Below are positions 50,771 through 64,000 of a stretch of 64,000 bases of DNA, piece after piece. How positions within the stretch are numbered: the first letter of the stretch is position 1; each line of letters opens with the position of its first letter. The notes beneath the pieces were generated by a model, which saw nothing but the letters and a program-made list of their open reading frames with translations, had not been told where the DNA came from and did no database searches. The position numbers and the translations under genes are program-made. Source of the stretch: Camelus ferus (lineage: Eukaryota); assembly GCF_009834535.1 (NCBI RefSeq), contig NC_045698.1, positions 13,952,001 through 14,016,000 on the forward strand. Reading direction: 5' to 3'.

Positions 50771-53700
50771 ATCATATTTTTTTTCTGTATATCAACATGT
50801 AAAAGAATGAATGACATAGAGTTGGGTATTCATAAATATGTTTGAAAGAATGAATGGCTTGACATGAGCATGAAGACTTCCACAGGGTAGACAACAATCA
50901 TGATAATAATTGGGAGAATGTTTCTGTAAGAGAATTCTCAACATATTTATAAAGATGAATGTTAAAAAAGAAAAAGAAAACCTTAGAACCATACTATCAT
51001 GTATCAGGAATATTGCAGAAAGAATCTACATGAAATTCTATTATTATCATCAGTTTTTACTATGAATGTGTTATGCAGCATGAAATAATACATCATAAAA
51101 TTATATAAACTATCTCAAAATAAGTGAAAGCAATTTTAGACTCCTATAATTTTTAGATACATTTTTGTTTTCTGGAGTAAAAACTTTCTACATAAGTAAT
51201 ACAGTGGGGAATGAGTTGTCAATTAACCAAAATATATTTATATTTTATTGCCTAAAAAGACTTAAGTTTAAAACTATTGATTAATATTCATATAGTTGCT
51301 ATGTGCTCAATGTTATTCTTTGTAGGATGGAAGACTAAAAGACACCTGATAATTTAATAACTGCTTCTTATCAGCAACTTTCAATTATGCTAGTTAGGCA
51401 ATAGCAGAATACATGAATAGAATTCTGTGCTATTGATTAAATCACTATAGGTTTTCATTAAAATAATGCAAATTGTTTTGATCTTCATATGTTTGAAGCT
51501 CAAGAAATATGTAAGTTATGAATGGAAAGGGAGAATGGATCAGGACATTAATGTGAAAATGGGTACTCTTCCGAAAATAGAAATCATTTGCACGTGGAAA
51601 TGCAGTATTGGTTTAGGAAACAGTGAGGGAGTTAACCTAAGAAAGAAATTTGATTATATAATTCAGAGAATTATTATTACGGTGCTGAGCACTTGAGAAA
51701 TGTCTGGATAATATAGAACTTCAGATTTTAAATAACTAGTGATAGAGTATTATTACAGAATATGTGATACAAAGAGCAGTGATTTAGTAGGAAAAATATT
51801 GTACTGTTCTACACAATGGATTGAGAGAAAGGAATCTAAATTCAAGTTGAACTTAATTAGTAAGAAAAGCTAAGGAAAATGTAATAATGTCCTTTAACAG
51901 AATTAAAACAAAGATTATCCATCACAGATTTTACATGAAAAGAGATGTTAAGTTTTGATGACCCATCCTAAATGATGAACGGAAGGAATAATCAAATATA
52001 TATTCCAATGTCGGTTCTGGGAAAATAGATGATAGACTATGACACCAGCCAATGAAAAACATGTGACTAAAAAGTTATTTCAGGAAGTAATGGCTGTTGT
52101 TTTTAACATGTTGAGTTTGTGGTACCAGTGAAAAATTTTAAAAAGTTGTTTTGTAAGCAGATAGAAATAGCTATAGGTTAATTTCCCAAAAATCACTTGA
52201 TTTCAATCAGTCTCCCAAAAGCAAAATGTTTTTTGGCAAATTGTTCTGCATCTAAAGACACCTAGAATATTTCAACATCACAAAACCTGTAATAGGAGTG
52301 GAGGAAGACAAACAAGAAGTAAGGGCACACAACTGGGAAAGATCGAGGACATTAACAGTTTATGATGGCCATTATATTTAATGAAAGAATTATTTGTGCC
52401 CTTGACTAAGTTTGTGTTGGGAGATAGGGGAAGATATGCGAAATGAAGAAAAAATATATCAAATAAAAATTAATTCAGTCTCAAGTAAATCTTTAAGTTT
52501 AAAGTTATAATATGAATTGGCACTCAAGTATATTTTTTAATGTTTAAACCATCAATTTTAATAAAGTTTTGAATTAAATCCCAATTCCTTAATCTGTTGC
52601 ATTTGGATAAAATATGTTTTTATTTTTAAGTTAGCAATTAGTTTTTCTGAGAAGATAATTTTCTCCCCCGAAACTAAATTGACAATGATGGAAATAAAGA
52701 AATACTATGATACACAGGTCAAGTGACAAGTGTAGAATTAACAAGAATGTGTATTTATGATGAGTCAAGCATTTCATATTTTGTCTGTAGAGAATAGATC
52801 AAACCATTGCTTTCTATATAAAATAACAATTTGATGAATTAAACATTTACTATTTTATCATCAATATTATATATTTAATATTCAATCAGTTAATTATTAT
52901 AGCAGATTATGTATTGTTCTTATCCTAAAACCATAAGAGCATCTTTCAGGATTTCAAAGTCTAAAATTTTTCGTGAGACTTATAACCATAATATGTACTG
53001 ATTAGATGTGTGTATATATATATATATACACACACATATATGCATAAATAGTTTGCTAATCCTGAGTGACACAAAAATAGGAGTAATATTCAAAGTAATT
53101 AAACAGACTATTTAAATATTATTATTTATTACAGATAATGTATATAGTATATTTACCAATTTAAACAATAGATAAATGTATACATGTACTTATATTATTT
53201 TATCAAAGGGTCCAAATGTATTTTTACTCAAATACCTTGTTTTACAAAGTTTTATATATTTGAATGTCCTCACATTGATGAATTATTTCAATCTTTAACC
53301 TAAAAATCCAATTGATAATTGTCCTCACCTCAATGTGGTTGATACACCAAAAAATGCCATTTACAATAAGAATTTACTTACAATGCTAGAACACCAGTTT
53401 AGTTGTATTTTTTACTCCCTAATTAGCCATGTGACATTCACAATAGTGAAAAGTGTTTCAAAATATTTTTGGGTATTTAGTTTTACCAGTAATAATAAAG
53501 GTAATCAAACATGAAATACTCTTTCATTTCCTCCAAAATTGTAGTTGATCTATTGATTACTTTGATATAATGACAGGGACATTGTCAATGCAAAAATATA
53601 AATTTGAATACCTAAAATTGGACAAATTATCTGAAATGACTGCCTGGGTAGTTACAAATTAAAAACCTTTATATGCAATGACATTTTATTGTTCCTGTGC

Positions 53701-54711
53701 ATTTTGAATGAGACAACACTAGGATACTCTCTGTGAGTCTGTGAGTATGTGCTCTTTGCATGCATCTAAGAAAGCATTTGAATGTATATTGTTACAACAT
53801 TTTCACTCACACTTTTAAACTGACATAAAGACCTCATTAATATTCTATTAGTTTCTATGATTCTCATTAGCTTTGAAAAAACAAATAAGATGATAACGAC
53901 CTTCCACTTATTTTAAATGTTTCTCTATTCTTCTAGGGCACGAGACCATAAAAGACCTGTTATAGTAATTTAAAATGTAAATGCTAGCCATTTAATTAAT
54001 AAGAGATAAGTGTCTATCAAGAGTGACTGCAGAGAATTACTGTTGCTATCATATAAAATAATAAAAGACTTATCAGCTTAGCTCAGTTTTGAATGAAATA
54101 AATGAAAGTCAAAGAGCGTAGTATGATTTAGAAGATGTATGAATGAAAGATTTTTAAAAATAATTGAACATAGTCATGTAATGATGATGTTTCTTAATTG
54201 TCAAAAATAAGAAACGAAGGTCACTACAAGGTCAACTATCATTATGTTCCCTGAGTGGACGACATCTCAGCCCTGAAACAGTCATACCAGGACAAACTAT
54301 CTGTTTCCTTGTGTTAATACTGCATCTATATAAATTTCAGTAATCTCAAATGGTTTAAAACTGGTCTGTTTTGCTGTACTAAACCATAGTTGTTTGTGAG
54401 GCTATATTTAAACTAGGAATAAAATAATATACCCCAAATTGAGACACTAAATGATTCGATTCCTAGTTTTTCACAACGCCTTGAGTGTAACATACTGTGT
54501 ATATATAGACAATCATAGAGTAAAATAAATTTTTAGAACAGAATATTAGATCAGGCTTGGTTTGTGCAGTCTTAATAATGGTCACTCTGCCTGAGAAAAT
54601 GAGAGGATAATATGTATTACTGGAAAATTCAACATATCTCAATAATGTATGTGTATATGTATGTATGCATATATATATCTCCATATATAGGTATGTAAGT
54701 ATATCTGTATA

Positions 54712-54712
<1 letters not shown>

Positions 54713-54749
<37 letters not shown>

Positions 54750-54750
54750 C
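54713..54750. repeat. Compound (TGTC)n(TATC)n tetranucleotide repeat
   Basis: Seen directly. Confidence 0.85.
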
Positions 54751-54839
54751 CTGTGGAGGGAAAGAGAGAAATAGATCAGAGTAATGAGGTTACAGAATAA
54801 CAAAAAGGTCAAGGGAAAAACCAGAAACGATTTCACCTG

Positions 54840-54970
54840 TGTATTCAGTATTCAGCAAATATTTACTGAGCACCTACTCTACACCAGGCACAAGTATGGC
54901 AAACAGAATAGTTAACACCAACAACCTAAAACAAAGCAAAACAAAACAATTTCTATCTTCTGGATCTTAG
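54840..54970 (-). mobile_element. L2 3' end
   Basis: attcagcaaatatttactgagcacctactctacaccaggcac. Confidence 0.75.
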
Positions 54971-57244
54971 GTGTCTTGGTATACGTGAAGATCTTGGTGA
55001 GGCTTGAGAATTCGCTTAGCTAACAGGTTCTCAGGCAACATTGACTCTTCTGGTCCAGTATTTTGTGATGTACTGAAAGGGGAAGCTGAGCACAAGAAGA
55101 AGCTACATTTGGAAGGAGATCTGAAAAATGAGTGGGAGTAGGGGAAATAGGGAAGTGGGGAATGGGGTAGATTCCCCTACTGGTCTGGAGAATAATAGTC
55201 ACAGAGAGAATTCTACACAAAAGATTAGCAGGGAAGGACCAAGAGAAGCTTATATTAGTAAACTCTATAAAGATGATGTCTTTTATTAACAATTGCTAAA
55301 GTTTTTTTTTTCAGATAAAATATGGAAATGATTTAATGGATTAAGGTAAAGAAATGGTGCAAATTAGTTATGCTTTCAATATAGGACTTTTAAGTAATAG
55401 CAAATTCTGCCAGTGAGAAGAAAGTACATGAAATAACCAGTCTATCTGCATAGATTTTAAGGAATATAAACATTTATTACTAGAGAGGGCAAAGAAGGAA
55501 AGCAGAAAGTGTGTGTTATGCACTGAAGGATATTAGATGTGTGGCTAAAGACTGAATCAAATATCTGGACATAAAGGGGCTTCTGTGACACTTTTACTTC
55601 TAAAAATTGGGAAATACTGAAGAATTTTAAGTACTTTAATAACATGGTAAGATATACCTTAAACAGATCATTCTCACTTTGCATGGATATGAAGAAGTCT
55701 TTAATGGGGCTGGAAATAACAATTTTACAAAAAGTTTCAAGATATTCATCTACCTTTCAAAACCCATTCCAGGATTTCTGTTCCACAGGGATGAGAGAAT
55801 CCAGGGAACCCAACATAGGAGACAGCAGACCAGTTGGGTGACTTTGCTATACTTTTGAGGAAAATGACAAATGATAATGTTTTATTAATGGGAATGAAGA
55901 AGAGCTGAGAGAATCAAAATGTACTACAGAGAATTCATCAAACTTCCACGAAGATAGATTAACTCTAAGGAGGTGAAATAAAAGGACAGTTCTAGAAAGA
56001 TGTCTAGGTTACTATCTGGCTCAGCCAAATGAGTAAGTGATGAGAAAAGAAAAGAAGTGGACACTCTGAGTGCATATATCATAGCTTATAGCACTGGTGT
56101 GTATCCAAGCAGAAACACCCAGTAAGCACTTAGACACACACACACCAGTTTGAAATTCATTAGAGATTTATGGGCAAGAGTTAAGGTTTTGCTCAAAAAA
56201 AAAGTAGAGTAGATTATGTTATTCAAGTAATTTATCAATTTAAGAAGCCGGTGAAGTTCAGGGACTGAGCAGTCAGTCAAAGAGAAAACTCACGAGCATT
56301 AATGTGCTCTCAGGTTGCGAGTTTCTGTGCTTATTTCATCAAATCTAAGATTCGGTGAATAGAATAAGCTCTTTCAGTTACAGTTACAACAGAAAATAAT
56401 TCAGAAAATTTACCACTAGAAGTTGTAATGGGTAAAAGCATTGCTTTCAAAATATTTCAAGTGAATACTCCATTGACAATACCCTTGTTTATTTACTTAA
56501 CAGATCCTTTTTAACTTCCTAATGTTTCATTCGAGTTAGAATTAGGAGAGTCTAAAGTTGACACTAAGTTAGCCGTGCTTTCGCATTTCTCTCTCCTGGT
56601 GTCCCATTCAGACTTACAAATGTGGGAGAAGTTTGCCTGATGAAAATTGCTGAGTCTTATGTTCTTAGTACTAGGTTACATAATTTTGAGACAGAAACTT
56701 GTCAAATAGGATTTCATTAAAGAAATCAATTGAACTTTAATTAATTCAATTTCTAGGTTTGTCTTGATTTATGATAGAAAATTGTATGATGAGTAAACTA
56801 GATTATGAAAACAGACAACAAACATAAACCATGGAAGACTAAAGGTGGAAGAATCGTGTATGCAAAGGAAAAACCTAATTCTGAAGCCTAAGTGCGTGTA
56901 AATGGAACAAGATAAGCATCTGTTTGGCTTAATGCAGAAGGCAGGCGAAGATCATGACTTGAGTAGACCCTAATACACAATGCATGATGAGTTCTTTGTT
57001 TCACAAGATAGTCGTTACCAGTGACGGAGAAAGGAGTGCTGGCATGTAGGAAAAAATCTTGGATCTTTTGCAATAAACATGTGCAGATAATTAACTATGC
57101 ATAGTGTACACCTAGCTTTCCTCCTCCCCAAATCTAAACGATATGTTGTTTGGGGAAAGACTGAGAAGCATAAGCTAATTAAGACCTCAGTGGCTGGAGC
57201 CATTCTACAGCTGCCCTGAGATACCTGAACAACCCTTAAGCTGA

Positions 57245-57462
57245 TAGAGCAGCCAACATCACCTAGTGGTAAAGGGCCGACCTGCAGAGTCTGAACCGCA
57301 TGTCCACTACGCACGACCCCTGTGACCTTGGGAGAATGTTTTCACTTTGCTGTGTTCCAGTTTGCCCATCTATAAAATCCAGATAACATTATTGTCACAT
57401 TTATAGAGCTGCGGTGGGAATTAACGTAAAGCACTTGGAAGAGTGCTTAGTAAATAAATGAA
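57245..57462 (+). mobile_element. MIR SINE
   Basis: cctagtggtaaaggg...ctgtgaccttgggagaatg...ccagtttgcccatctataaaat...gtaaagcacttggaagagtgc. Confidence 0.75.
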
Positions 57463-60400
57463 AACTCCTTTTACTCGTAGAATCGGGCATCTCCTCTCGT
57501 GTTATCTCTTGATACTCTTGGTATTGAGAAGACTAATCGTAATTCTTCATTTTCTCTGAAATAAATTGATCTGTGCCCACAGTTTTTCTCTATATGATTC
57601 CCATAAGTGTTTTAATCTTCAGCAATGTTAATAAAGGACCAAGTAATTTAGTGCAATCTTCTTTACTGGTTGGTGATGTTAATCCCCTGAAAGTGCAGGA
57701 GAGCTTACTTTGAAAGACCAGCTCCATAGGAACAGTGATGTGAGTGAACAAAAACAATATGATAATAACATAGGTATTATCTGACAGAAAGATAAGAAGC
57801 TTTGAGAAATACTCTGTCAATACCTGTATTGAAAAACAAAGTATAGCTTTACTGGGAACGGGGATATTGTCAATGATAATATTTGATGGCAGCGTTTGTT
57901 TTTAATCTCCTCGTCAGTGATAATTTAAACGTCCAGATTTTAAAACTCAAACCCTCTCATTATAGACAACAATAAAATAGTGTTCAACACAGTTATTTTC
58001 AGAAATGATTTTTCTTAAGATACATAGTTGCTGGGATATGATTAAATGAGAAATTTCTTGAGGTGACGCCCACCCACATTCCACCAAGAACAATAATGAC
58101 TTATTTTATTTAACAGTAAACAATATTTTGCCATATTAATCATTTTTTTTCTAATTTGAGACACAAAGGAAATGAGAAAGCTAATCCATAAATGGCTGTT
58201 CTTTCACGATGCTCCAGTATTTTCTTTTTCCTTTTTCTTTTTTTTTTTTTTTGGCTTCTTTTTAGACTGCTAGTAATTACTAGAAGCTGTCAGGTTAAAT
58301 ATCATTAGATTAAATATCTTCAGAAACCAAATTATGTGCCAAAGAGTAATATCTTATGGCTTCTGAAATATTTAAAAAGCCACGATAGTCTTTTGAAATA
58401 GTTATTTATATGTTTCTAGCTATTTATTTTAGCAATTAAACTATATTTTTGACAAAACCAGATGATTATAATGTAGAAGTGTTTTAGTTCTGGCTTATAT
58501 CCAGATTTTTGGAAATTTTAAACCTTATTAACCCACGTAGAAATTAATAGGAACCAGAATTTTAAGAAGAAATATAAATTTCCAGATATTTCTTGTGATA
58601 TTTCTTTGGATAGTGAATCCAAATATCTCTATAAAAATGTTACTAAAATATTTCTTTTAATTAACTCAAATAACTTCAGTCAGCTTCCTGCATTCCACTT
58701 TTTCATGGTTTAAATTTCACAAGCCTAACTTACTCCTGCAATCAGAATAATAATGCTTAAAGTATTATGGTAGTTTTCTATGCAGCAAACTCTACAATTA
58801 TAAACACATGTAATTGTTACCATAAAGCTGTGGGAGCGCTGGTATAATATTCTCCCTTTAAATTACTTGATCGAGTTCACACAGGTGAAATGGGCGAAGT
58901 CAGACCAAGGTCCAGGCAGTCTGACCTCTCTATCATTACACAAATCACATCCTTAACAAAGAAACATTTATGCAAATCAAATTTCACAAGATCCTCACAA
59001 ACTGAATAGGAAATGAAGAGAAAAAGGTACAGTTTGCTGCATTACATCCTCTAGGTTTTCTGACATAGTAGCAGAAATGATAATATTCAAGTCATAAGTT
59101 TACATCATAGTGAATTTGGGGAGGAGCAGAGGGTTCAACTTAATAGGCAGGAAATGAGAAATGTTCTTCCTAAGGATTTGCAAATGTAAGAGGTCAGAAC
59201 ATTTAAGTTGATTTTGCACAGTGAAGGGACTATATAAAAAACGGATTTTCACATAAGAACTTAATTTAAAAAATCCAACTATTTTTGCAAAAAAAAAAAA
59301 AAAAAATTCAAGGAGAGAGGATAAAAAAGAAAGGAAACCAGCAGGTGCTCACCCATGCCGCACGCCCAAGGGGCCATGAGCTCCCAGAGAGCTAGGAAGG
59401 GTGCACAGAGAGTGAATGGGACAGAAGGAAAGAGCTGCTCTGATTTGGAGAGTTGCTTTGTAGTTTTATCATCATTTCCTTTTCTGCTAACTTCCGTGCC
59501 ATGATTTTATTTGCTTTCCCTTTCTATAATTTTTCATTGTTTCTTTTTCAGATCATTTCCCCTTCCAGTTAAGAAACTCTTCCAATCATCCCTATAAAAT
59601 TGTAAGCTCACTGCCCTACTGATTTTACTTATCAGGAGAAATTAGAAAAGTAGCTTACTTTACACAGATGTCAGTTTATCATTTTCACAACACTGCAAAA
59701 TGTATAATTTTATTAAAAAATAGCAACAACTTAATTTGCAAACAATTTTTTTCTGCCAAGGAAATAATTAGAGATGGATGAAATTATTTAAATATATATT
59801 TTGTTCTTTTTTATACAGAATCACCCTTGAATCATTCATTCTGTAAATGGATATTTGTACCTCCTCACCTCCCTCACCTATTTCTCTCATCCCACCACTC
59901 AATATATTAACGTATATAAATAAATATATATTGATCAAGGTGATAAAGGTATTATTTAAAAGACAAAAGTACTGAGAAAAAAGAAAATTCATTAATAGAA
60001 CAATGTTTAATATAATAAAATATAAATACATTTTATTATATGTATTATATATACATATGCATAGGAATAATAAAAGATAGAATAGAAATATGTAAAATAT
60101 AGCTTTGTTCAGATGGGAAAATAACACCCAAAACCTGTCAGTAACCTAATAAATTACAAATCAGAAACCTAATGAAAACAGTTTGTAACTGCTAAATGCC
60201 TAAGAAATACATTAATTCTACAATAAATATGGCACTTTACCTTAGAAAAAACCCTTGAATTTGCTCATAAAAGTGGCTATTGGAAGAGCTGCAGCTTGAA
60301 TTACAGTCGAGGGATGGAAGATGTGTTCTCTGAAATAGGGTGGGAAAGTTGTAACACATGATGTGAGTAGGTGTGGGGGTGCTCATTACACCTGCAGTGA

Positions 60401-62344
60401 GGTAGCTGGTAGATGTCTGAAGTGTGTGTGTGTGTCTGTGCACATATTGTGTATTCAGTTGGATGTAGTCTTCTGTATTCACCTTGTATTTCTTATGGAT
60501 CAAAAAGTGCATAAGCAAATGCAAAATTTGCAGTATGCAAAAATTATCACTTTGGAGTACATTTGTGTTTACAAAACAAGCTTTATAGCAGAACCCACTG
60601 TATTTCAAGTTCACCAAATCACAACTATTTGCATTGTCACAGAGAAACAGGGCACTTATAATTACAACTAGAATTATCACAGATGTTTTCCCTGCCACGA
60701 AAACCCAATCAAGGATCACAGCCAGCTAGTGACAAGAACCTATGGACAAAATTGTGGGGTGCTGAAAACATAACAAAGAAAGAAGGAAAATAAACTGTAG
60801 TTTTACTGTCTAGAAAACCATGTGATTTTAATTAAGCCATTACTGTATAAACAAAATAGTAATAACTGTGTACTAATTTAAATTTATTTGAAAAAAAAAT
60901 TAGTTTTGCTCCTTTCAACTCATCACAGACAATCACCTAAGGTGGAAAAGTGATTCAGTATACACTTAATTAGCTTGTGCTTCTTTAAATATAATTTAAT
61001 TAAAGGAAGACATTATACCTATAATATCAAAAGAGTTGATTATATGATCTTAAGTATTGTAGATTCTCAATTTATATCTAGATTTCTGAACTACGGAGAG
61101 CTTTATTAAGTATTTACATAAAATTCTTTGAAAATATAGAGAACACTCAGAAAGAAAAGAGGGCTCTAATAATCAACATTTCAGCCATCTTCGAAGTTTA
61201 GACAGTGTTTATAAGCAACACTTATAAAAATTGTTTCAAAACAGGCATTTATTTCAACAGCAATCCTCTTACTGTTTGTTAAATCTATATTACCTCTAAA
61301 TCTCCACTCTCAGAATTAGTAAAAGAAAAACCATATTTTTCAATTTCAAGCAATAAATAGTCTTAGAAATAATGTCAAATAATTGAAATCAACTTTGTGT
61401 TTTGAAAAGTTAAAAAGTAAGTTAAAACTTTTAAATATTGTCTAAAAGAATTCAAGTGCATCTTCCATGGGAATTTCTCATTGGGAAGGATTTTATTATT
61501 TCTATATAATTAGTAGTCTGTTATCTCCCACCATATCCATTCCTGAAAATTCTTGGTATCTCACTTTGGCACTTTATTTTAATCTTTCCCAAACTTTACT
61601 TATAACTTGGTTACAAAATACTGATTGTAAATAATCAAAAATATGGATGAGGCCTCTAGGAAACAATACCAGGAATGTGGAAACTGAGAAATCTGGGTCA
61701 AATTCCATTCCAAATTTGTTCTAATCCGTCTCAGATTTAGGATAGTTGTCTATTTTCCTCTTTTGCACGTTTTAGTCCATAAGCATGTACACGCACATAC
61801 ATTTGCAAAAAGGGCGCATAAACATAACCCAGCCTCCAAGGATGAGAAGGCGCTTCCACCACAGTAATAGGTCCAGTCTCCTCAATCTAAGAGGAGACTC
61901 TCTGTAAGAGAGTACTTAAAGTTTTCAGGCTATATTCTCAAGCTATGCATTCTCCGGACAACTGTCCATTATTGAAATCTGTTCTGAACAATGTGACTGG
62001 AAAGTACAGAGGATGTAAGCAAAATTCTATTTAGGAAAATTAATAAAATCTTTTAAATGAAAATTAATGACAGAAAGTGATAACCAAGAGTATTTTTTTC
62101 CCATATGCTCATCTATTTTGAATTCGCAACTTATGTGACAACAAGAAAATAAGAAAAAATAATTTGCACATATTTTAAAGCAGATATAGAAAGTCTTAAA
62201 GAAGGTAAAATATAAACTTTGATTGATATTAAAAGGTATTTCACATTCTTGAGTCCATATTTCACTAGCTTAACAATCATGTTGCTGCAATGCCCAGTAC
62301 ATAGATTCTCAAGTTAATTTATAATTAAGCTTTCTGTGTGTACG

Positions 62345-62482
62345 TGTATGATGGCAGGGGCAGGTTGTTAATCTTTACCTTTTATTCCTATTACCTGCTA
62401 GAAGCTCTGGCACTTTGTTGGAGATGAATGTTAATGAGTGTTTATTGAATGGTAATGAATACTTGTTGAATAAATGAATGAC
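62345..62482 (+). mobile_element. L2 3' end with (GAAT)-type tail
   Basis: atgatggcaggggc...ctggcact...tacttgttgaataaatgaatga. Confidence 0.65.
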
Positions 62483-63689
62483 AAGGTCAACTACATATGA
62501 TGAATTACATCATACAATAAGGTCAGAAGGCTTAGGTGGCACTTCAAGAGGGATCGCTAGGAGAAATTATGTCAAGAGGAGAGGAGATCTTGCTACAGTT
62601 TGGGAACAGTGCTTAGTAACACCTAAGACAGTGCCTGAGACAGAGTGGTGCTCAGGTAATTAGCATCGATTGAACCCGGGGCTTTGTCCTTTATTCCACT
62701 TGATTGCCTTTGGTACAACAAAATACCACTTTCCCGGTGTGTGACTGTGTGCACACGTCCGTGCGTGCGTGTGTGAAACGGACAGGGAATTAAAGTGCCA
62801 GGACTGTGTGTGTGCATACAGAACAATGCAGCAATTGGTTGGAAGGATACACTCATAATTATTATTTTTTTCTATTGACCATCTGTCTCCAAACTAATGA
62901 TTTTTTTTTTATTGAGTAAGTACACATTAGGGGCATAAACTGTGGTTATGTTGTATCTTTGCTACAAAGGCTACTTTCAAAAAAAATCATCACAGGCTTA
63001 AATCTAAGGATGCAGGGCTCTTGGATATTAGATATCATTTTGCTACCCAGAGAGAGATCAAATGAATGATCACTGATCTGCTTATACAACAGAAATAGCT
63101 TGTCGACTCCAAGAAAAACTAAGAACACATTCAAAGCCTGAAAATGTAATAGACTTTTTTTTGCCTGACATACAATCAGTTACAAAAATAGTCACAAAAT
63201 TGCAATTATTGTTCCGAAGTTGACTGACAGTGACACATGGGCTTGTTCTCTACATAGGTTTCCACATGGCAATCAGCATCCTAGGGGCTGCAATCAGGAA
63301 TAGGTTACTGCTCCCTGAGTTGACACTTGGATAACTTCAGCTCTTTGAGTCAAAGTCAGAATTTATTGCAAGCACCAGGTATATCAACCTTTAACTTCAA
63401 CTACAACCAAAGTTAAATTTCCTTACATGTGTGAGAAGGTTAAACAATTTCCAGAAGTGAGCTTATCTTCAACATCGCCAATCAAAAGCTAGAACATACC
63501 CTCAAACACAGAAGTTAAAAGAAGGTTGATTGCACTCCTGTTACCCAATGTCAAATAAGATTATATATTTCCACAGTTATTTACTTATACATTGCAGTGC
63601 CACTTTATTGCAATTAAATTATATTACAATGATAATTCCTTGGTATGATTTGTATGTGTGTGGTTCTGCGTGTGTGTGTCCATGTGTAT

Positions 63690-63875
63690 AAGTCTCTAAA
63701 TATTCACATCTATCCTGACACGAAATTAAGGGAGGCATTTTTATTCCCATTTTATAAGGGAGAAAATTGAAGCTTAGGGTCAAGAACTGATTTAATTAGG
63801 CCACATGGGGAGCATATGATGGAAAAGAAATGGAACTCTATCATCTAAATCTGGATCCAATGTTCACACTCTTAT
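63690..63875 (-). mobile_element. MIR SINE
   Basis: ttattcccattttataagggagaaaattgaagcttaggg...ggccacat...tctggatccaa. Confidence 0.7.
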
Positions 63876-64000
63876 AAAATTTGCTTCCCAGAGCTTACCA
63901 GTGATCTTTTGCCTTTTTTCAGATCATGTCTGAACTTCAAAGTAAATGCAATATTACATTTCATTCAAGTTAACTGTCTCTTTAAGTTGGAACCCTGGAA

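Larger units (their letters stand above)
7973..64000 (-). other. CDH18: Very large intron upstream of the cadherin exon (>=56 kb, continues beyond the window end)
   Basis: Ends in CAG at 7975-7973 on the minus strand. No cadherin peptide (e.g. V.A.DADDP.YG.SA) recognised in the remaining sequence or ORF track. Confidence 0.75.

Noticed and set aside
60237..60719. 160-aa ORF, the longest in the track
   Set aside because: Non-ATG start, runs through a CA/TG repeat, no recognisable homology.
1..64000. CpG island, promoter, second host gene, or prokaryotic/viral system
   Set aside because: CpG-depleted throughout, no long ORFs, no gag/pol/env or operon-like structure seen.

Overview
AT-rich, CpG-depleted mammalian genomic DNA, probably from a camelid (it has a tRNA-Ala-type Vic-1-like SINE and I saw no Alu, B1/B2, BovB/Bov-A2 or PRE-1 elements). 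The only supportable coding sequence is one 168-nt internal exon on the minus strand (7805-7972). It encodes the C-terminal half of EC2 of a type II classical cadherin, recognised as CDH18. The rest of the window is flanking intron: >=7.8 kb downstream and >=56 kb upstream with no further exon recognised. It is filled with old and lineage-specific transposon remnants: L1 (including nested, inverted and internally deleted copies), L2, MIR, MaLR LTRs, a MER41-like ERV1 solo LTR, Tigger MITEs, MER63, MER5 and microsatellites. I found no evidence for an undescribed multi-component biological system. The best leads are modest: a weak-acceptor, frame-preserving exon with a nearby CTCF-like site, a TEAD/MEIS/FOX motif cluster, a STAT-site-bearing MER41-like LTR, a twin-primed L1 and a perfect 22-bp inverted repeat. 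Repeat family names are from memory of consensus sequences, and boundaries of old repeats are approximate.
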